The translations under genes were made by a program, and so were the position numbers. A model generated the notes under the pieces. The model was not told the origin of the DNA and did no database searches. It worked only from the letters and a program-made list of their open reading frames with translations. Below are positions 1-15,345 of a stretch of DNA of 64,000 nt, piece by piece (positions within the stretch are counted from its first letter, which is position 1; every line of letters begins with the position of its first letter). The DNA is from Yuukianura sp. NJ FZ-2021 (taxonomy: Eukaryota): positions 8,494,001 to 8,558,000 of the forward strand of contig CM102285.1 in the NCBI GenBank assembly GCA_046563655.1. The letters run 5' to 3'.

Positions 1-3000
1 AAAGATTTGGCTAACTTCGGATAGCATGTGAATTGACATTTTTATGAAAATCCTTCAAACCCAAATGCCCGGTTTCTCTTTTGTTTTATGGAGTTGGAAA
101 ACCCTGGTCGAAACAAACCGCAATCCTCCTTTGCCACTGCATTTACCTTTGGTGGATGAGGAACTTTCTCCTTTGTTTGCTAAGGAAGATTCGCATCGCT
201 AAATCTCTCACCTCCTCCCTTCATGCCCAGACACTTTGGTTACACTAACTGGAATGGAAATTTGTGAAAGATGGATGACAGAATGCACAACCCAGTGACA
301 TTTCTCCAGTGTCAACATTTTTTTTTCTAACGTTAAAGTAGTCGAATCTTACGGCGTTTCTTGCGAAGCGTAAAGGATCATTCCAGTTTGTATGTTAAGG
401 GAGGGTTAAATGGAAGCAAATGACTTGATGTTAATGTTATTGACAAAGTGATGCTCACTTTCACTTTGTCGCCTCCTCGCTATCTGGATTTCCATCCCCT
501 GGAGTCATTTGGGCTGCGAAGGGTGAAAGGACGGGTCAAGTGGACCATGATGGAACACACTACACTTTGACATGTAACCCGGTAGAAAGTCTTCATCCGG
601 ATCCATAGGGTATGCTACGTGGCCTAACTTATGGAGGCATGGGTGGTCCCCTTTCTCCAAAACTTTCTCCATGGGTGCCTCGAACATGCATTTCCTCTTT
701 AGCTTCTAATCAATCTCCATGCGTTCCTCAACAGACTTGGAGAGAATATGCAAACACAGCCTCCCATATGCTTTTACTCACACTCAATTTATAGTTGCCT
801 TGTTGACATTTAAGGAGAAACTCGTGTCCTTTGAAGGAACGGATACCTAGGGGAGGGTGCTCCACTTCTGCATGGGGTCAACCAAAGGCGGAGTGAGATC
901 AAAGGGAGAGGTCAGGAGAAGGTCATTAAGTTGGAGCCCTGCACAGATTCTTATTGACTCTGCTAGGTCTGCCTTTGCACAAACTACAGAGACTAGGGAT
1001 GAAGGGCTCTTTATTTGAAGTTGTTCTTTGAAAAGGAGCCTTTCTTTTTAGAAAAGCTTTTTTAAGAAAAGACCACATGCCGCTCGGAGGGACTCCAGTC
1101 ATCCATGGATGATGAGAGACTTCTGCTAGCAGTAGTATAGTAATAGGAGTGAAAACAGGCTTCACTCCGAGGCATGATACACTTTCTTCCCTGGAACTGA
1201 TAACATGGATTTCCTCTTCGTCTGTCTACCTTGATTTGAGAGGTTCATTGGATGAGCCTAATGATGATGGAAGATGAATAGAAGACGAGGAGGCGCTATT
1301 AAGAAAAAGACTCAGGCTAAGTCTTAAACATCTCACATCCAAGAGCCTTCTAAACAGTGTTTTATTACGGAACATCGGAAAACAGGATTTTTATTTTAGA
1401 AAACTAAAAAATTTAGGAAAAGAAGAAATTTCTATCTCCTGTTTAGGCATGGCTCAACAGCAAGAACATAAGGAAATTTAGATAGAGCTGTAGAGTCATC
1501 CTGGTAATGAAATCTGATGGACGAAGACGCTTCTGCAGGTGACTTGACTCCTTCTGCTTTCACTTCTCCTAACGTAAATATTGTAGGCATAAATCAATAA
1601 CAAGCTTTAAGTGTTCCATGGCCCAATTCCAAATGAAGACACCTTTCAGCACAAACTCCCTAACGTTACTTTGTGTCCGCAACCTTCAATATGTGATGCT
1701 CCAGGAATTGTGATAGGTCTCCATTACCTGTCCATTTCCGTTCGTCATGTCAACTTTCTCACTGCTTCAGCCTTATTTGAAGGCAGTAGATGTTCAAGAC
1801 AGGACTCATTCGAGTCTTATTACTATTTATATGACTAAAGTGCAGAGTAGGGTTATAGAGCATAATGGAAATAATGGTTCGTTGTGGCAAGTGAAAGGTA
1901 AATAGGACGTTTGAGTCTAATGCTAAGAAGGAGAAAGTTGTTTGAATGCATGATACTACATGGGCGTTGGAACATTGGCCATCGATCCATGCTGTCTCTC
2001 GCACCTACCATAAACTCTGGCTCAGTAATAACAGTAATGGAAATGGAATGGAGTAGGGGATTTGCCTCCGAATTCAAGGACACAAAGGCTTCCCAAGGTT
2101 GGATTTTAGGCTAGGATGGTTTCGAACACTCTTTGAGCCTTAGGTTTTCAAAACATATAAAGCTGATTGAGTTGAATTCAAAACAAATTTTGCCAAACTT
2201 GGGAAGGGAAAGTGTAATTCCAAAATTAGAGCCCTTGAGGCTACTCACTTCCTGAAGGTGGGGAGCTTAGCAATTCCTTGGTGCGTGAAAACATTGAAAC
2301 TAGGATCGAAGAAAACGCTTTCATTTGTAGAAAATAACTCGGAGGTAGATTTTGCTATTGAAAATATCCATTTCAACTTAGAGTGCCCACTTTAACTGCT
2401 TTAACTGTCATGCAACCTTATGCCTCTAACGTAGAAGCAGCCGTTGGTGGTTTTTGACTAGCCATAAGTGGAAGGCTAAGAGCACTTTGAAAGTATTTTC
2501 TTAAACAGAACGAGAAAGTTGAATTCGTCTATTTTATTCATGACCTGACACAGAGTACGGGATACTGGAGTACTCGACAATGTGGACAAAAATATGCTAT
2601 ATTACTTGATCAACTTTTAGTTTCGAAAAAGTAAGATTTCTTGTTTTTTTGAAAGCGATAGAGGCGAAAAATAGTCTTCTGTGGTTTTGTAAGATTTAAA
2701 ATTTTGCAACTCTTCCAGAAAAAATACACAGCAAACATTATTTCTTTCATTTCAATAAAAAGAAGTTGTTTGGAAAGTCAGGTTTCAAAAGATAGACAAT
2801 AATTTCTAGCTTTCTTTCTTTAAAAAACACCTTTTTTTGTAGAAATGTTGAAAAAAATTCATTCTGTTTTTGCGCTTTCTGACTTTCTCTATACCTTTAT
2901 TTTTTGTTTATTGCTTTCCTTTTTTCCTGGATGAAATTGGTTTGAGATTGGAGGAGATCTTGTGAAAGAGCAGCTTCTCTTTCTTTAAATTGTGAAATCT

Positions 3001-6000
3001 GTCAATGCTCAGTGAGGCATTTCATTTTGTGAAAATCCGAATTGTAATTTGATTGTATTCAAAATATGAGAGATTGGATTTTATTTTGAATCCGAACCCT
3101 TTTTGACTTTTTCCGCTCTGTGCCTCTGCTTCATCTCCTCCCTTAGTGATGGAAGATGACATTCATAGAGCGACACGCCTCACCACATGCATTTTCATTC
3201 CAAATAACCTAACAAAAGACAATAGGGTGAGAAACAAAGGGATCCCCACCTTCCACACGACTTGAGCCTCAAATAATTGAAGGCTTTGTGTCAAGAAGAT
3301 CCGACTTTGCCTCATTGTTCGGCCTCGAGTCAAGTGGGGTTGAATTCCATTTCCGAGAGATCATGATCTACATTCAATCCGCCTGAGTTATGGATTATGA
3401 TCCTCCCCCTGACTTCAGCTTCCTTCCGACTGCTAGGTTAGCTTAGACTTTCTTTGCCAAAGACCAGTTCAAATCCCAAATCCAAAGAAGGAGGCGGAAT
3501 ACTTCATCTCTTTATGAAAGTCTATGTGCTTTCTCTTGGCAGCAGACAACCTGCTCAAACATTTTTATTCTAGAGATGACTACTAATATCATTGTTAGAA
3601 GGTGGGCCTAAACCTTACTCAGGGACTGAGCATTCTTTAGCTACCCACAAAACCAACTTTCCTTTGACGCCTTCACACGTGATCTCGTCATTTTTCATTT
3701 CCCCATAGGAAATCACTTTCTCCTTTTCTAAACAAATTCAACTAAAAATTCATTTTCAATTTCACCAACATCAAGAGCCTGTCGAAATATTTCGTGCAGA
3801 TTAGTAATTCTGTCAACAACAAAAACTTGACTTGAAATCCATCCTCCTGTGAAATCCTTTTGTCATTTCAAAATCATAAAGTTAATTTAATTTCGGAGAA
3901 TTTTACGAAATGGTTTGGGCGGGATGTGAGATTCATGTGGAATTTGAAAGTTCACATGAAGTAGGATGATATTCCGCAACTTTGGCTTGTCCACGGGTGC
4001 ACGCACTCTGCTCAGGTTTAAAAACTATTTTGAACAAAAGCAGAAAAAAGTTAGTTACTTCGCGCTCAAGATCTAAAGAATTTTTCTAAGACCTCTCTTT
4101 CTCTTTGCCTTTTCCACTGAAGTAAGGATGCGTTACTAAAGTCGGCTTTACTTGAGCAAATTTTGTTTGTTTTTCAACCGCCTAGCCCCCGCAAAGATTC
4201 TTTTAGTTCTGATCCTGCCCTGAAAGTTCTACTTGCCTTATGCATTATGTGTCGTCTTGTGGAGGATCAAAAGAAAGTTGTGTGAGTTTGGATATGTGAG
4301 CGTAATTGCCCAGCAGCCATCACCCTTTCTACGCAAATGAATTGGACTAGCAGTACTGACTAACCGAATAATTATTTTGAAACACTGGATTCTGACGAAA
4401 ACAAAGAAAGTTTGCGGTGGGTACGTGGTAATTACAATCCTGAAAGGCTTTTCTCTTTTTGTAATTACAACTTCCTATCTCAGAACTCAGCAGAAACTCT
4501 CCCCTTTCACCCAGTATGTCTTTCTTCACTTTCTCCTGATTTTGTTTGAAATCAAGTCCAGAGAGACCTTAGGTTAGGCAGACAGGGTGGGACTCTGTAG
4601 ATTACTAGACGAGGGAGAGAGAGCAAACCGCGATAAGGCATGTTTCACATGCTGTGTTCCGTGGTCCACGAAACAAACACAAATTCTAGTCGTCTAGTCT
4701 CCAATTCTATTATTCCTAAAATGGAAAAGATTCCGTTGATAAGTTTTCTCCTCTGTTGGTTAAGGCTTTTCAAGGAGAGGGGGACCTAGGTTTAGCATGG
4801 ACAGAGAGACAAAGGGAGAAAGTGGGCAGAGGAGAAAGTCAAGCTGAATAGAGTCATGGGTTCCTAGGGCAAATAAATAATGTTCTTTTCCTCACGTTTG
4901 TACTTGTTTTCACAAAGGGATTTTCTCCTTCCAGAATTCAAACTAAAAAATCCCTGGGCGCCATCCTTATCTTTCTATCGTAGCTTCAGTTTGAAGCTTT
5001 TTTTTTATTCTTCGATCATCTTCTGCTAACAATTGAAGGAAGAGCAGTCTAATCTTACAGTACTTTTATGCATGAGAATAAAGGAGCTAGGAACGAAAGA
5101 ATTCTTCTAAAATGAAAATCCCTTTCTTTTTTCTTCTCATTTTTTTTTTTTTGTGAATTCTCATAGCCTGTTTATCCATTTTTTCTTGTTTTCTCTTTGA
5201 TGTTTTCTCCTTTTTCAGAGCACGAAGAGGATGAGTAACGAAAAAAGAGCACGAACTTCAACTGTGCTTAACAAAATTCCCTGCAGCGACTTACTGTGTG
5301 TTCTTAATAAAAGGGAGGGAGGAAGGCACAAGCAATTGTTTTCCATTTCCTTTGTTTTCTTGGAAAATTGTGTAGAATTATTTACCATTTTGTGATAATT
5401 TACACACTGGAAAGGTCAATTCACATAAGAGTAAATAGGTTTCTCACTTAAACTTTAAATTGGGGAAACACAAGAGAAAGTTGTATTATTTAATGGAAAA
5501 CAAGGTTACAGGAATCAGTTCAATTTAACAGCATTGAAAACTTCAAACTAACAAAATTAAATTCATAAACTGCGAACTTTCTTTTTATGTAGAAAGTAAG
5601 GCAGGACTTCTGTAACAGAAAAAAAGTATTCGGGATATCAAGCAAAAATTGTTGTTTTTGGAAACATTTTTTGTAGAGTATCAATTTTTAAAATATTGCC
5701 ACACATTGACGTGTAATACGAATGAAATAAAAAGAAATGGAGAAAGTTTTTGAACAGTAACTTTTGATGCTTCTAAACAAAAAAAAAATGGAGAAAGTGC
5801 TGCAAAAAAGTTGGTGTCGAGGATTTGATGTCCATGTTATTTTTTTCGTGTTCAAATCTCGCAGTTCAAAAATGAAACAAAAACTTTTTACTACATAACC
5901 TAACAATCGTCCGTGTAGAACGGATATCAAACATGATGAAATCCTTGGTTTGTGGAACAATTTACTCTTCTTTACCCCATTGTTTCCCTTCCAGAGGACG

Positions 6001-8016
6001 ACGAAAAGTTACATGTACTCTCTTGGAACGCCATCACATTCACCACGTTTTCCACCATACTCTCCCCTCATAACTTATTAATGAAAACGAACTTTCTCCG
6101 TGTCCCACCAAAGGAACGGAAACAGACGGAGAGCCTACTTGCCTACTTTGTAAGCTTTAAAACTTTTTTTTAGTTCTGTCCAACCTATATATTTTAGAAT
6201 CCACTACCTCAAAATTCTGGATTCTACTTTCAAATTTAATACGACGGTACGGTATTGACTAGTTTTGGGCTTATTATTACACCACACCACCCCATATGTG
6301 TCGGTCTCTGTCTTTTACTTTGGCAAGAGCGGGGGAAAGCATAGGAGCAAGCCAAAGACTAATGTATTATCCATATTCTCCGGACACACACAATTTGTGT
6401 TTCTGACTTTTACCATTTCAAAAATTGTATTTGGCATTCAGGGGAGTGAACTCGCCTAACTGTCTTTTAGGTCCCTTTAGACCAGGGAGCTTTGAAAGGA
6501 AACTTATTTTTCCTATAGTCTTTTGTATATCAGTTAGCTTTCCCTGGTTTCCGAAGAAAAGCCTTAGAATCATGACGATTTTGCAACACGCAAAGGGAAC
6601 TACTACTCTGACTGGCTGGAGAGCCTTAATCAGTAAATTGGAAGAGTTCGTTTTTTTGCAAGGTGTCTCTTGAATATACCTTTGGAAAAGAGGAATCAAA
6701 AACCTTGGACTCTTGAGTGTATTTCAGGAAAGGCGGTTTGCTATACTAGCAGATTTGATTTGATAGTTATTTTTTCATTCCTTATTTTTCCTTTCTGAAG
6801 GTGTGAGAGTAGGGCAAGGGCGTGTTCGGTTTTTACAAGGTTCAACCCTGGCCTTAATCAAATCGTTTGAGGGTCTCTGGAACTCCTGAAAACCTCTTCT
6901 GCTATATTTTTTTGAAATTGTGGGAGTTTTGTATTGGTGGTGTTGTAAAGAGCCAGAGAAAGGCAAATTGATTTGAGAAATAATTGTATGGGCATTTCAT
7001 GCAGAAGAACCGGATTTCGAGGAAACCACTCGACGAGGGATAAATTGGGAGGCTTTCAAGGCAGGTAGGGCACCAACTCTCTGGAAAATGGAGGCAGCCA
7101 AAGCCTGTACTCAAGGCACAAAGGAATGGGAACCCAGTGGGAGAAAACCGACTTCGTCTGTGAGAACTTCCATTTCCTCCATAGACGCAAAAACTAAGCA
7201 ATTTAGGCTTTGGTTTTAGTAGGAGATGAGGCACGGGGAAAGATAACCATCATGAACACGAATTCAACTAAATTAAAACAAAAGGGCCTGTCATAACAAT
7301 AGGACACACAAGCAGAGGAAACTTACGTGCTTTCAAAAGAGAACCAAACAAAAATGGGATGGGTATGGAGAAAGTATTATGGGAATTAAAGTGAAAGTCT
7401 CCAGCAGGCCTTCCGGCGCCCAAAGTCAGGGATGTGTGCAAAAGTTGCAAATTTTCAAAAAAAAATATATTTGAAGTAGAAAGTACCTAGAACTACGAGT
7501 AGAAAAGTAGGTACTTCAGGGGAGGAAAAAAAGAAATTCCAACATGCGAACTTTTGGCACAATTTAATCTACTAAAAGTTCTCGTTCGATAAAAGCATTG
7601 AAAGTAACATCAAAAAACCACTAACAGCAATAAAACAATTTCAAAAAGTAAAACGCGTCTAAAATACTACATGTATTAAAAACCCGTAAAACCAGAACCA
7701 GCAGTTCCAAAGTACCAAATTCTACAAGCATCACAAAATGAGTTATTTATAACAAAATGCAAAAAAAAAATATAAAACCAAAATTTTGAAATGACTGCCC
7801 ATACAAGGTTAGCAAGTGCAAATACAGTTGGCCAAAAATGCTCAAGAAAGTAATAACTCTAGCTTCAAATTAAATGAAATTTAAAGGATAGTCCAACATA
7901 GTGGAACTCCAAACTTAGATTACTATTGATAAAAGGAAATCAATATCTTGTTAAATAAATAGAAATAATTGTGTTGAATTTGAAAAAGTTCACTCAAAAT
8001 TAATGTTTTGTCTTAC

Positions 8017-8036
8017 CTTTCAATTTTCTCGTCCAT
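8017..8036 (-). CDS. Possible first coding micro-exon (MDEKIE + 2 nt) of a minus-strand gene running off the left end of the window
   Basis: Minus strand reads aaaATG GAC GAG AAA ATT GAA AG|GTAAGA: a good ATG context followed by a perfect donor. The 8 kb to its left has no convincing ORFs and looks intronic. No recognisable homology. Confidence 0.25.
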
Positions 8037-8615
8037 TTTCGGAGAACTCTTTGAAATGTTCAATACCTTTGCCTACTTTTCTAAAATTTACATTGTCGTA
8101 CGTATTTAGTGTAAACTAATTTGAAATCACTAGAAAGTATTAATCATAGGTCACTCGTAAGCGTCAAAATCACTTTACTGCCTGTAGCAGTTTTAGTCTA
8201 AATTAGTCCATTATTGTCGCTGCGATTTGAATTCGTAGAGGGGAGCTTAAGTGGTAGTAGTGGAGCTTAGGGATTTGCATACGATATGAGGGGAGTTAGT
8301 GATGGTCATGGTGGGATCAGTGGGTCAGTGTCCCACCTTTGGAGTGACAGTTGCCTTGTAACTGTAGTGTTTGTATTGTGGTGGGTTTGGAGGGATGAGG
8401 AGTCTTTGTAGGTTGATGGACTACTGCTGTGGAGTGGATTGGAGAAGGGCCCTTTTCCTCCTTTCCCCAAACCACTCTGTCTATTTTCCACCGGAGCACC
8501 CCGCATGTCTCTCCAAATAAAATAATATGTCATGGAAATTGTAGCAAAAATGAACACGGGTTACTCTTTCTCTTTTTCTAAAATTTGGGTTTAGCATAAA
8601 GCTCAAGAAACTCAT

Positions 8616-8684
8616 TTAATTCCAAAAGTACTCCAAAAGTAGCGGAAGTTAATTCCAAAAGTACTCCAAAAACCCAGCGGAAGT
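8616..8684. repeat. Short tandem duplication (about 33-35 bp x2)
   Basis: TTAATTCCAAAAGTACTCCAAAA..AGCGGAAG occurs twice head-to-tail. Confidence 0.7.
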
Positions 8685-11600
8685 TTCAAAAACTTCCCAA
8701 GGCGGTAGAGACAAAGCCTTGTTTACTTTGACTTTTTGTTTCAGGTTTTTCAAACTTCTGGAAAAACTTTAGTAAATTTTTGAATTTAATAAGTCGAGGG
8801 TGCTAGAGAAAGCATGTTGTGTTTGACCAGCTTTAGGTTTAATTTGAATAATCGTCTAAAAAAATTCCAAGGAGAGTCTTCTGTTAATTATTTTTAAAAA
8901 CGAGCAGATTACCATAATTCTTCTGCAGGGAAAGCGAAGGACACGCTTTTTGGAAAAACGAGGACCAAAATTCCAGAATCCCGTCGTGCTAGAATAAGAC
9001 GCGTCTATTTTTAACTTTCTTTTTTATAACTGGCGGAATCTGAAAACAGAACTGGAAGTCTCTCGTGGCCTAGGTATACACCTTCCTTTTCGTCCATTAC
9101 TTTCTTTTTCCTGCTTTCTCGCCGTGTCAATGCTAATAACGCCCAGGAGAATCTCAAGACTTGAAAGCGAGAAAAGGAAAGCAAGGAAAAGCATTCCTCA
9201 CAAAAGATTAAAAGACTTCTCTGCCCAGGAGCTCTTACAGGCCTCATATCCAATTCTGGACGAGTAGGAAATGGAAAATGTTAATTGACCGAGTGGGACA
9301 TTTCCCAAATCAGGTTGACCCATGACACGTCTCGTTTTCTCAAGAAGCCACTGACAGACAGAGTGCTCTTGAGCACTAAAAGTATAACTCCTGAGCATGA
9401 CACAAGAAACAACCCATGAGCAGAGTCGTAGTGCTTCGGTAGTGCAATTATTCACTAGGATATGTTTGTAGAGTGGTTTTAGGTGAAAGTGGATTTAGCA
9501 CGCAAAGGCCCATTTCCCTCCATCCATCCATACGTACTAATCTCATGCTCAATTACAGTTTGAAATCGAAATTAGACTCGTATGAAGGCGGGAGATGGGC
9601 TTCAAGTACTTCAGTATGGCGAGGGCAAGTATCTAGGGAGATAAGGAACGCCTCAAGTTTACATAAGCCTAGGCCCATAGTTTCTCTTAATCAAAGCCCT
9701 CCGCCTTTCCCTTTACGAGACGAACTCAATGGGAGTTAGTAGTGGATCTGTTCACGTACTGCTGGGTTTTCGCTGGCACTTCTTTGTGCAAGAGAAAGAC
9801 GGAGAAAATTCCTCAAAGTCATCTTCATCTCTCCACCATTTCCACACGCCTCCTCTCCTCAATTGGAAAATTAAACACATCAATTATATCTAGATACCTA
9901 TTGTTAGCTTCAAGCTAAAATTAGAAACCGAGGTCAACTATACAAAACACCCATCAAGTGATCATTTAAGTCCTCAGAGAACCACAATACCACCAGTTGG
10001 ATATAACTATTTGCAACAGTAGTTTAGCTTACATTGCATCACCCTAACATCTTAAGTTATTAGACACGCAAAGTACAGAAATAGACCAATTTAGTCGAAA
10101 TTGAAAAATAGATTCGAGTTACCGTGAATGTCTGAGACCTCAGACGTTTAAGACTCGACAAAGTATCGAATGAAGAAAGTACAACTTGTAATGCCGTGAC
10201 CTTGAAGCGGTAACCTTCTACTGAGTGAGCGGTAGGGTTTTATTGAACGAGGTATCTTTCAATTTATTGTTAAAAATGTGAGTCTTTAGGTGGAAAGTGG
10301 AAATCTTACCATTTTACATTCCTTGGGTGGAAACCACTAGCAAATTTGAGGGTCAACGAAGACCGGATGCGGCGTATCGACTTGTACTGATGCTTGAATT
10401 TTATTTTTCTTTGAAGTGAAAGCAAATTCTCTCATTCCCGGTGTACAATTTCTTGAAAATGGTCTTTGGAAGGAGGGCGGGCTCGGAGAAAGCCTCCTCA
10501 ATGACATGGTTTTGTGCGTTATTGGCTTATCTCCATCTCGGTTCCTTGAGAACTGGAGTCTTCAAAGGAAATGACCCTACGTTCCGAGAATCCTCAATTT
10601 AGGGAGTGATAACTGAATCCGAAAGAGACCAACAATAACACAGAAAGGGCTGGAACAAGGCTACCTTTGACATTTCTCTCCTGTCTGACCTAAACTTGAA
10701 CTTGAACTTATATGTAGAGTACATACTATAATACTGGTCTCCTCTTATGCAATTCTACTGCTTTCACTGTAGTCATGTGTTATATAAGTAAAACACCTAC
10801 AATTTCTCTCCGTGGCTGACGATTCACAGCATGTTTCTTTCAGTGAAATCATTTATGAAGTCCCACTATTACTAAACTTCGGATCTACTGAAGAATCTGA
10901 CGCGTGTCACAAAGATTTTAAAATTGAATTTGATTAAGCACTATCAAAGTTAACATTCGAGTAAAATGAATTGTTCTTTGGTTACTAGAAGAGACACACA
11001 AGGATGTTGAATCGCTTCAGCGTTAGGAATTCCCATGATTCTGTCAAACGTTTTTATTATTTAAGTCTTACATTTTTCTTTAGACTTTGCTAGGAACCTT
11101 TCGGTTAGAAATACAAATCAGGGCAGAAAACTAAAAATTTATCAGAAAATTGTCACATTTTAAGAGAGGCTACCAGTGCGTTCAAGATTCCTGTACATTT
11201 TAAGGTTTCGGCTTTGCATTAACCCGGACTGTTGTACGTGTCTTGAATGTGTTAGAGTCAAATGTCGCCAATGTCCGACACGATTTCATAAACACAATTC
11301 CATTTCTGACGCCTATCTAATGTGCTGTATTAAAACAGATACCTGTCCTAACCTAACTTAAGCCCAGAGAACATGTAGGTGCTGAGGCGTTGAATGACTC
11401 GGCTTTGTGTTAAACTATAATGCCATATTAAGAAAACTTGCAACCTATCATGTTGAATTTTAATATTTCGCATCAGATTACGTTGTGTGAAAAATGAGAA
11501 CTAGAGCAGAGGTTCATTTCGTAAACTAGGTCGAAACGTTGTTTCTCAGTTACAGTTGCATTACAAGCCACGAGGCTGTTGAGACATTAAGTTGTGACGT

Positions 11601-14600
11601 AGTTAAGTGTTTCAGCGTTGTAATTACTGTAAACTATCATGTGATTAAGAATTCGCGAGTAAAACGTTAGTTGTTGCATGGAGCGTAGAAATGTTGTCAA
11701 GTTACTACTAACACTTTATAAGTATTTTCGTAAGCTAAGCAGGGGCTTGTAGACTTTCGAGTTTGTTCCTACAGTAAATGTTCATTGTCATTTAAACAAA
11801 GGGTTTTAATTTAATTCCAATTGTTTCACTGCCTTTAGAACTGGATTAATCTTGATGAGTCTGTGAGAGCTAAAGGCGTGAAATGGAATTCAGAATTCAC
11901 TTACACCTTCGTAGCACAAGAAACATCTCCCCTTGTCTCTGCGGAGTCATGAAGAAAACAATTTGACAAGTTACAGCTTCCTACCCACTTTCACCTCTTC
12001 ATTCAACTTCTGCACAGTCAAATTGCTCTATTCCAAAAGTATATCATTTCCACTAGGAACTTGGAGTGGATAAGATTACAATTCCATAGGATACGGCAGA
12101 CGACTAACATTCCATGCAACTTACGACATGAAGTCAGAATTTGAAGAGAATGGCAGAGTGGAATTAATCCCTCTGGACGACGCAGGGGAAAGTGAGAGAA
12201 AGGAACTTTCCCTTGTGCCCACTTTTTCCACTTAATTCTAAAAACCCATTACTTTCTTCTCAATTAACAAGGGCTGTGAAACGGGAAAACTACAGAGTGG
12301 GCGTTCAAAACTTCACATAAAAATTTACTTAAATGTAGATCACTTCAACGCAGTTCATAAGTTAATTCACAAGAAATAATGTTGAAACCGTGAAATGAGT
12401 ATTTTTATATATCAAATTTTTAAACCTGCAAATACAGTTCCACTGTACCATGAAAAAATATAAAATCACTCGGTAGATCCTAGTTTGGCGATTGCGAATG
12501 CGATTTATTTTTGCCCCTTCATCATGCGTAACTGGAGAGGAATCTCATTTTGGGTACTAGGTCTTTTTCGTTTTAGATTAGCATTCACTTTCAACATACC
12601 TTGGCCTGGTCCAAGAATAGGTCTCAACGTCTCCAAAATGCGCACAATTGGATCTCCGAAGGAGAAAGTTAATGCTGTTCCTGCTGATGAGACTAATTTC
12701 TAAGAATATCATTCAATATCACCCGTCTTGCTTTCTCTGCAGCTCCAAACTGCTACCTCTTTCCGTATAACAAGTGGAAATCCAAACTTCGGGAAAAGTT
12801 GAGATGCTCCGTCTTGCATGAAATTCATTTCAGGACTCTCAAGTCTCGACTTCTCCGTTCCATATAAACGGCAAAGGAAGGACAAGATCCATAATCAGCT
12901 TTCTCTGTCGACCTGATTTAGGACCTGATTTCAGAAGCATAATAAGCACACCCTAATGCATTAAGAGGAAACTTTAAACTTAAAGTAGAAACCTGGTTGT
13001 CAGTCTATTTTAGGCGACAGGAGACAGGCTCCAGGGAACAAAGAAACAACTTATCATTTTGACTCTTTTTAGAATAACAAACTTTTCGCTAAAAAGTACC
13101 CTTCACAAACAGTAATGCCAAAAGCTTAAAACTTTAGTTTCAAATTTTCTAAATTTCTATTTCTTTGATTAAGCTACAGGTTAAGTATTTTCCGATTCAG
13201 TTTGGCTTTCTCTAAAAGTTTATGTTGGAATTTAAACTCAAAACTGTAGATGTCTTATTTGAACTCAAAATTTACCTCTAAAAGGCCAAAGAATTATATT
13301 TTCTTGTCAAAATAATTCTACAACAACTTAGGAATTAGATTGATGGTTGAGATAAGACAGGCGGAGAGACATGACAAATTCATAAAGTTTCACGAGATTA
13401 ACTTTTTTTAAACTTGAGTATCGGATGACCTAATTTTAAAAGAGTCTCCGTTTTTACATATAATAAATAGACAGGAACATGGGATTTCCTAACGACTTTC
13501 TTTTTCTAAAACTTCATCACTCATGAAAAATCAATATAGTTATAATTAAACCTAGTATAAGGGAAGCTGGATCCTTCATATCCCTCAACTTTGAGCCAAA
13601 TAAGGACTTTCCCTTGCTCAACTTTCACTTTTTGAAGACCGGGACAGGAGAGCCACTCCAAAAGTTAAAAGGACGAAGAAGGTAAGATTGGAATAGAGAT
13701 GACGGTGATGTGGCAGAACAAACCATGCTTCTGCCCAACTTCTCAAATTCGTCTTTGATAACTTTTGTGTCTAGTTCTGGCCTGCTTTCTCGGTTTCAAA
13801 CTCCAGATTTTGAAATAAAAAAGAGAGAAAGTTTTGTCTTCTTGAAACTTTCGGTTTCCTTAAGATGGAACTTCTTGAAGAGTGAAATTGACTTTGGATT
13901 GTCTATTAATAAGGGAAGATGGTGGAGGAAGTTTTGGGCTTTTACATAAGCTTACAAATGAAGTGCAGAATTGATTTAGCACTTTTTCAAGTTTAGCACG
14001 AGCAAAAGTTTTCCAAGGTTGAAATTTATGAAGCAATTAAACGACGACGAAGGAAAAAGTTACCACTTCCTCAGCACTATAGCATGAAAACTATGCTGTT
14101 CAAACTATAGGTATCATACCTCAGACGCTAAATTGGTTATTTTGTCCAAAAAGAAAGTTTTGACCTAGTTCTTTCTTCGGAGGATTTTGAAATGCTAAAA
14201 ATCTTGAGCAAGGACATTATTTCTGCTTTCATATTTTTTGAGTCAGACGAGACAGACTGTTTCCACTTTTGTGAAAATGTTATCAAGCCAAAAAATCTGG
14301 ACTTTTGTAACTTTCTTTCTGTTTCTACTTTATTTTGAAGGAGGCTTGGAAAAGTTGTCCTATATTTTCATAATTCTTTATCGAAATCTCCCCAGACACT
14401 TTCTTCTTGTTCCCGAGAAGATCTTCTGCGACAAGGAAGAGTTATTCTGTTATTCTGCAAAAGAACGGAAGAATTGGATCAATAGAAACATCATATTTGG
14501 AAAGTGAAATTCCCTTTGGAGTCGGCAGTCCCACCTAAACCTCAACAACACTTTCCCTTCTTTTCAAACGAATTTCAAACTTTTTTTTAACTTTCTCCAA

Positions 14601-15345
14601 AACATTACTTTCGCGCCTCCCTGGAGCTGTTGAATTTCTGCAGACTTCAATTAAAGGAAAACAAACACCATCTCCTCCCCAGTGCTTCTATTTAACTTCT
14701 AATTTTACACTTTTGTAAACACTAAAAGCAGCTACAGTTTTTACTTTACTTTCTTGATAATACAGCACTATTTGGATGTATACCGTTTCTGCATTCCACT
14801 AATTTGTAGCATAAAGGTTCAAAAGTTGTTGGCTTCAAATTACAGTTTATTGTCATTTCAGAAGGAGGATTCCAGTGTTATTTGAATTGTAATTTTTGAA
14901 AAAGTCTGTTTTCGAAAACACTAATATCAATTATGCCACGGAACTTTAGGCTTTTTATTGAAACTTTTGTATGCATAATTTATTTTCGTCAACTTTCATT
15001 TCATTTGGTACAGGCATTCTCCTGGAATAGTTTTGTATCTGACTAGCATTTGCTTACCAACTACAGTCACCATTGGAAAAGAAACAGAAACTTTGTACTT
15101 GTAGTTAAGTTGATCTCAGTCTCAGTTCAAACAACACCATTACCGCAGCACGCTATAATTCAATTTATTTTCTGCCCTTTCCTTACCGTTACCCGACCTT
15201 CGTCAACAGATTTTAGACAAGGTTATTTTATTGAATTGTCTTTGTTCGGTTAGCAAAAATAGTTTTATTTTCCAATTATAAAAAAATAGTTGTCATTTTC
15301 CATTTTGAAAAAAATCACAAGAATTCCTGATTCGTTGCAAACGTT

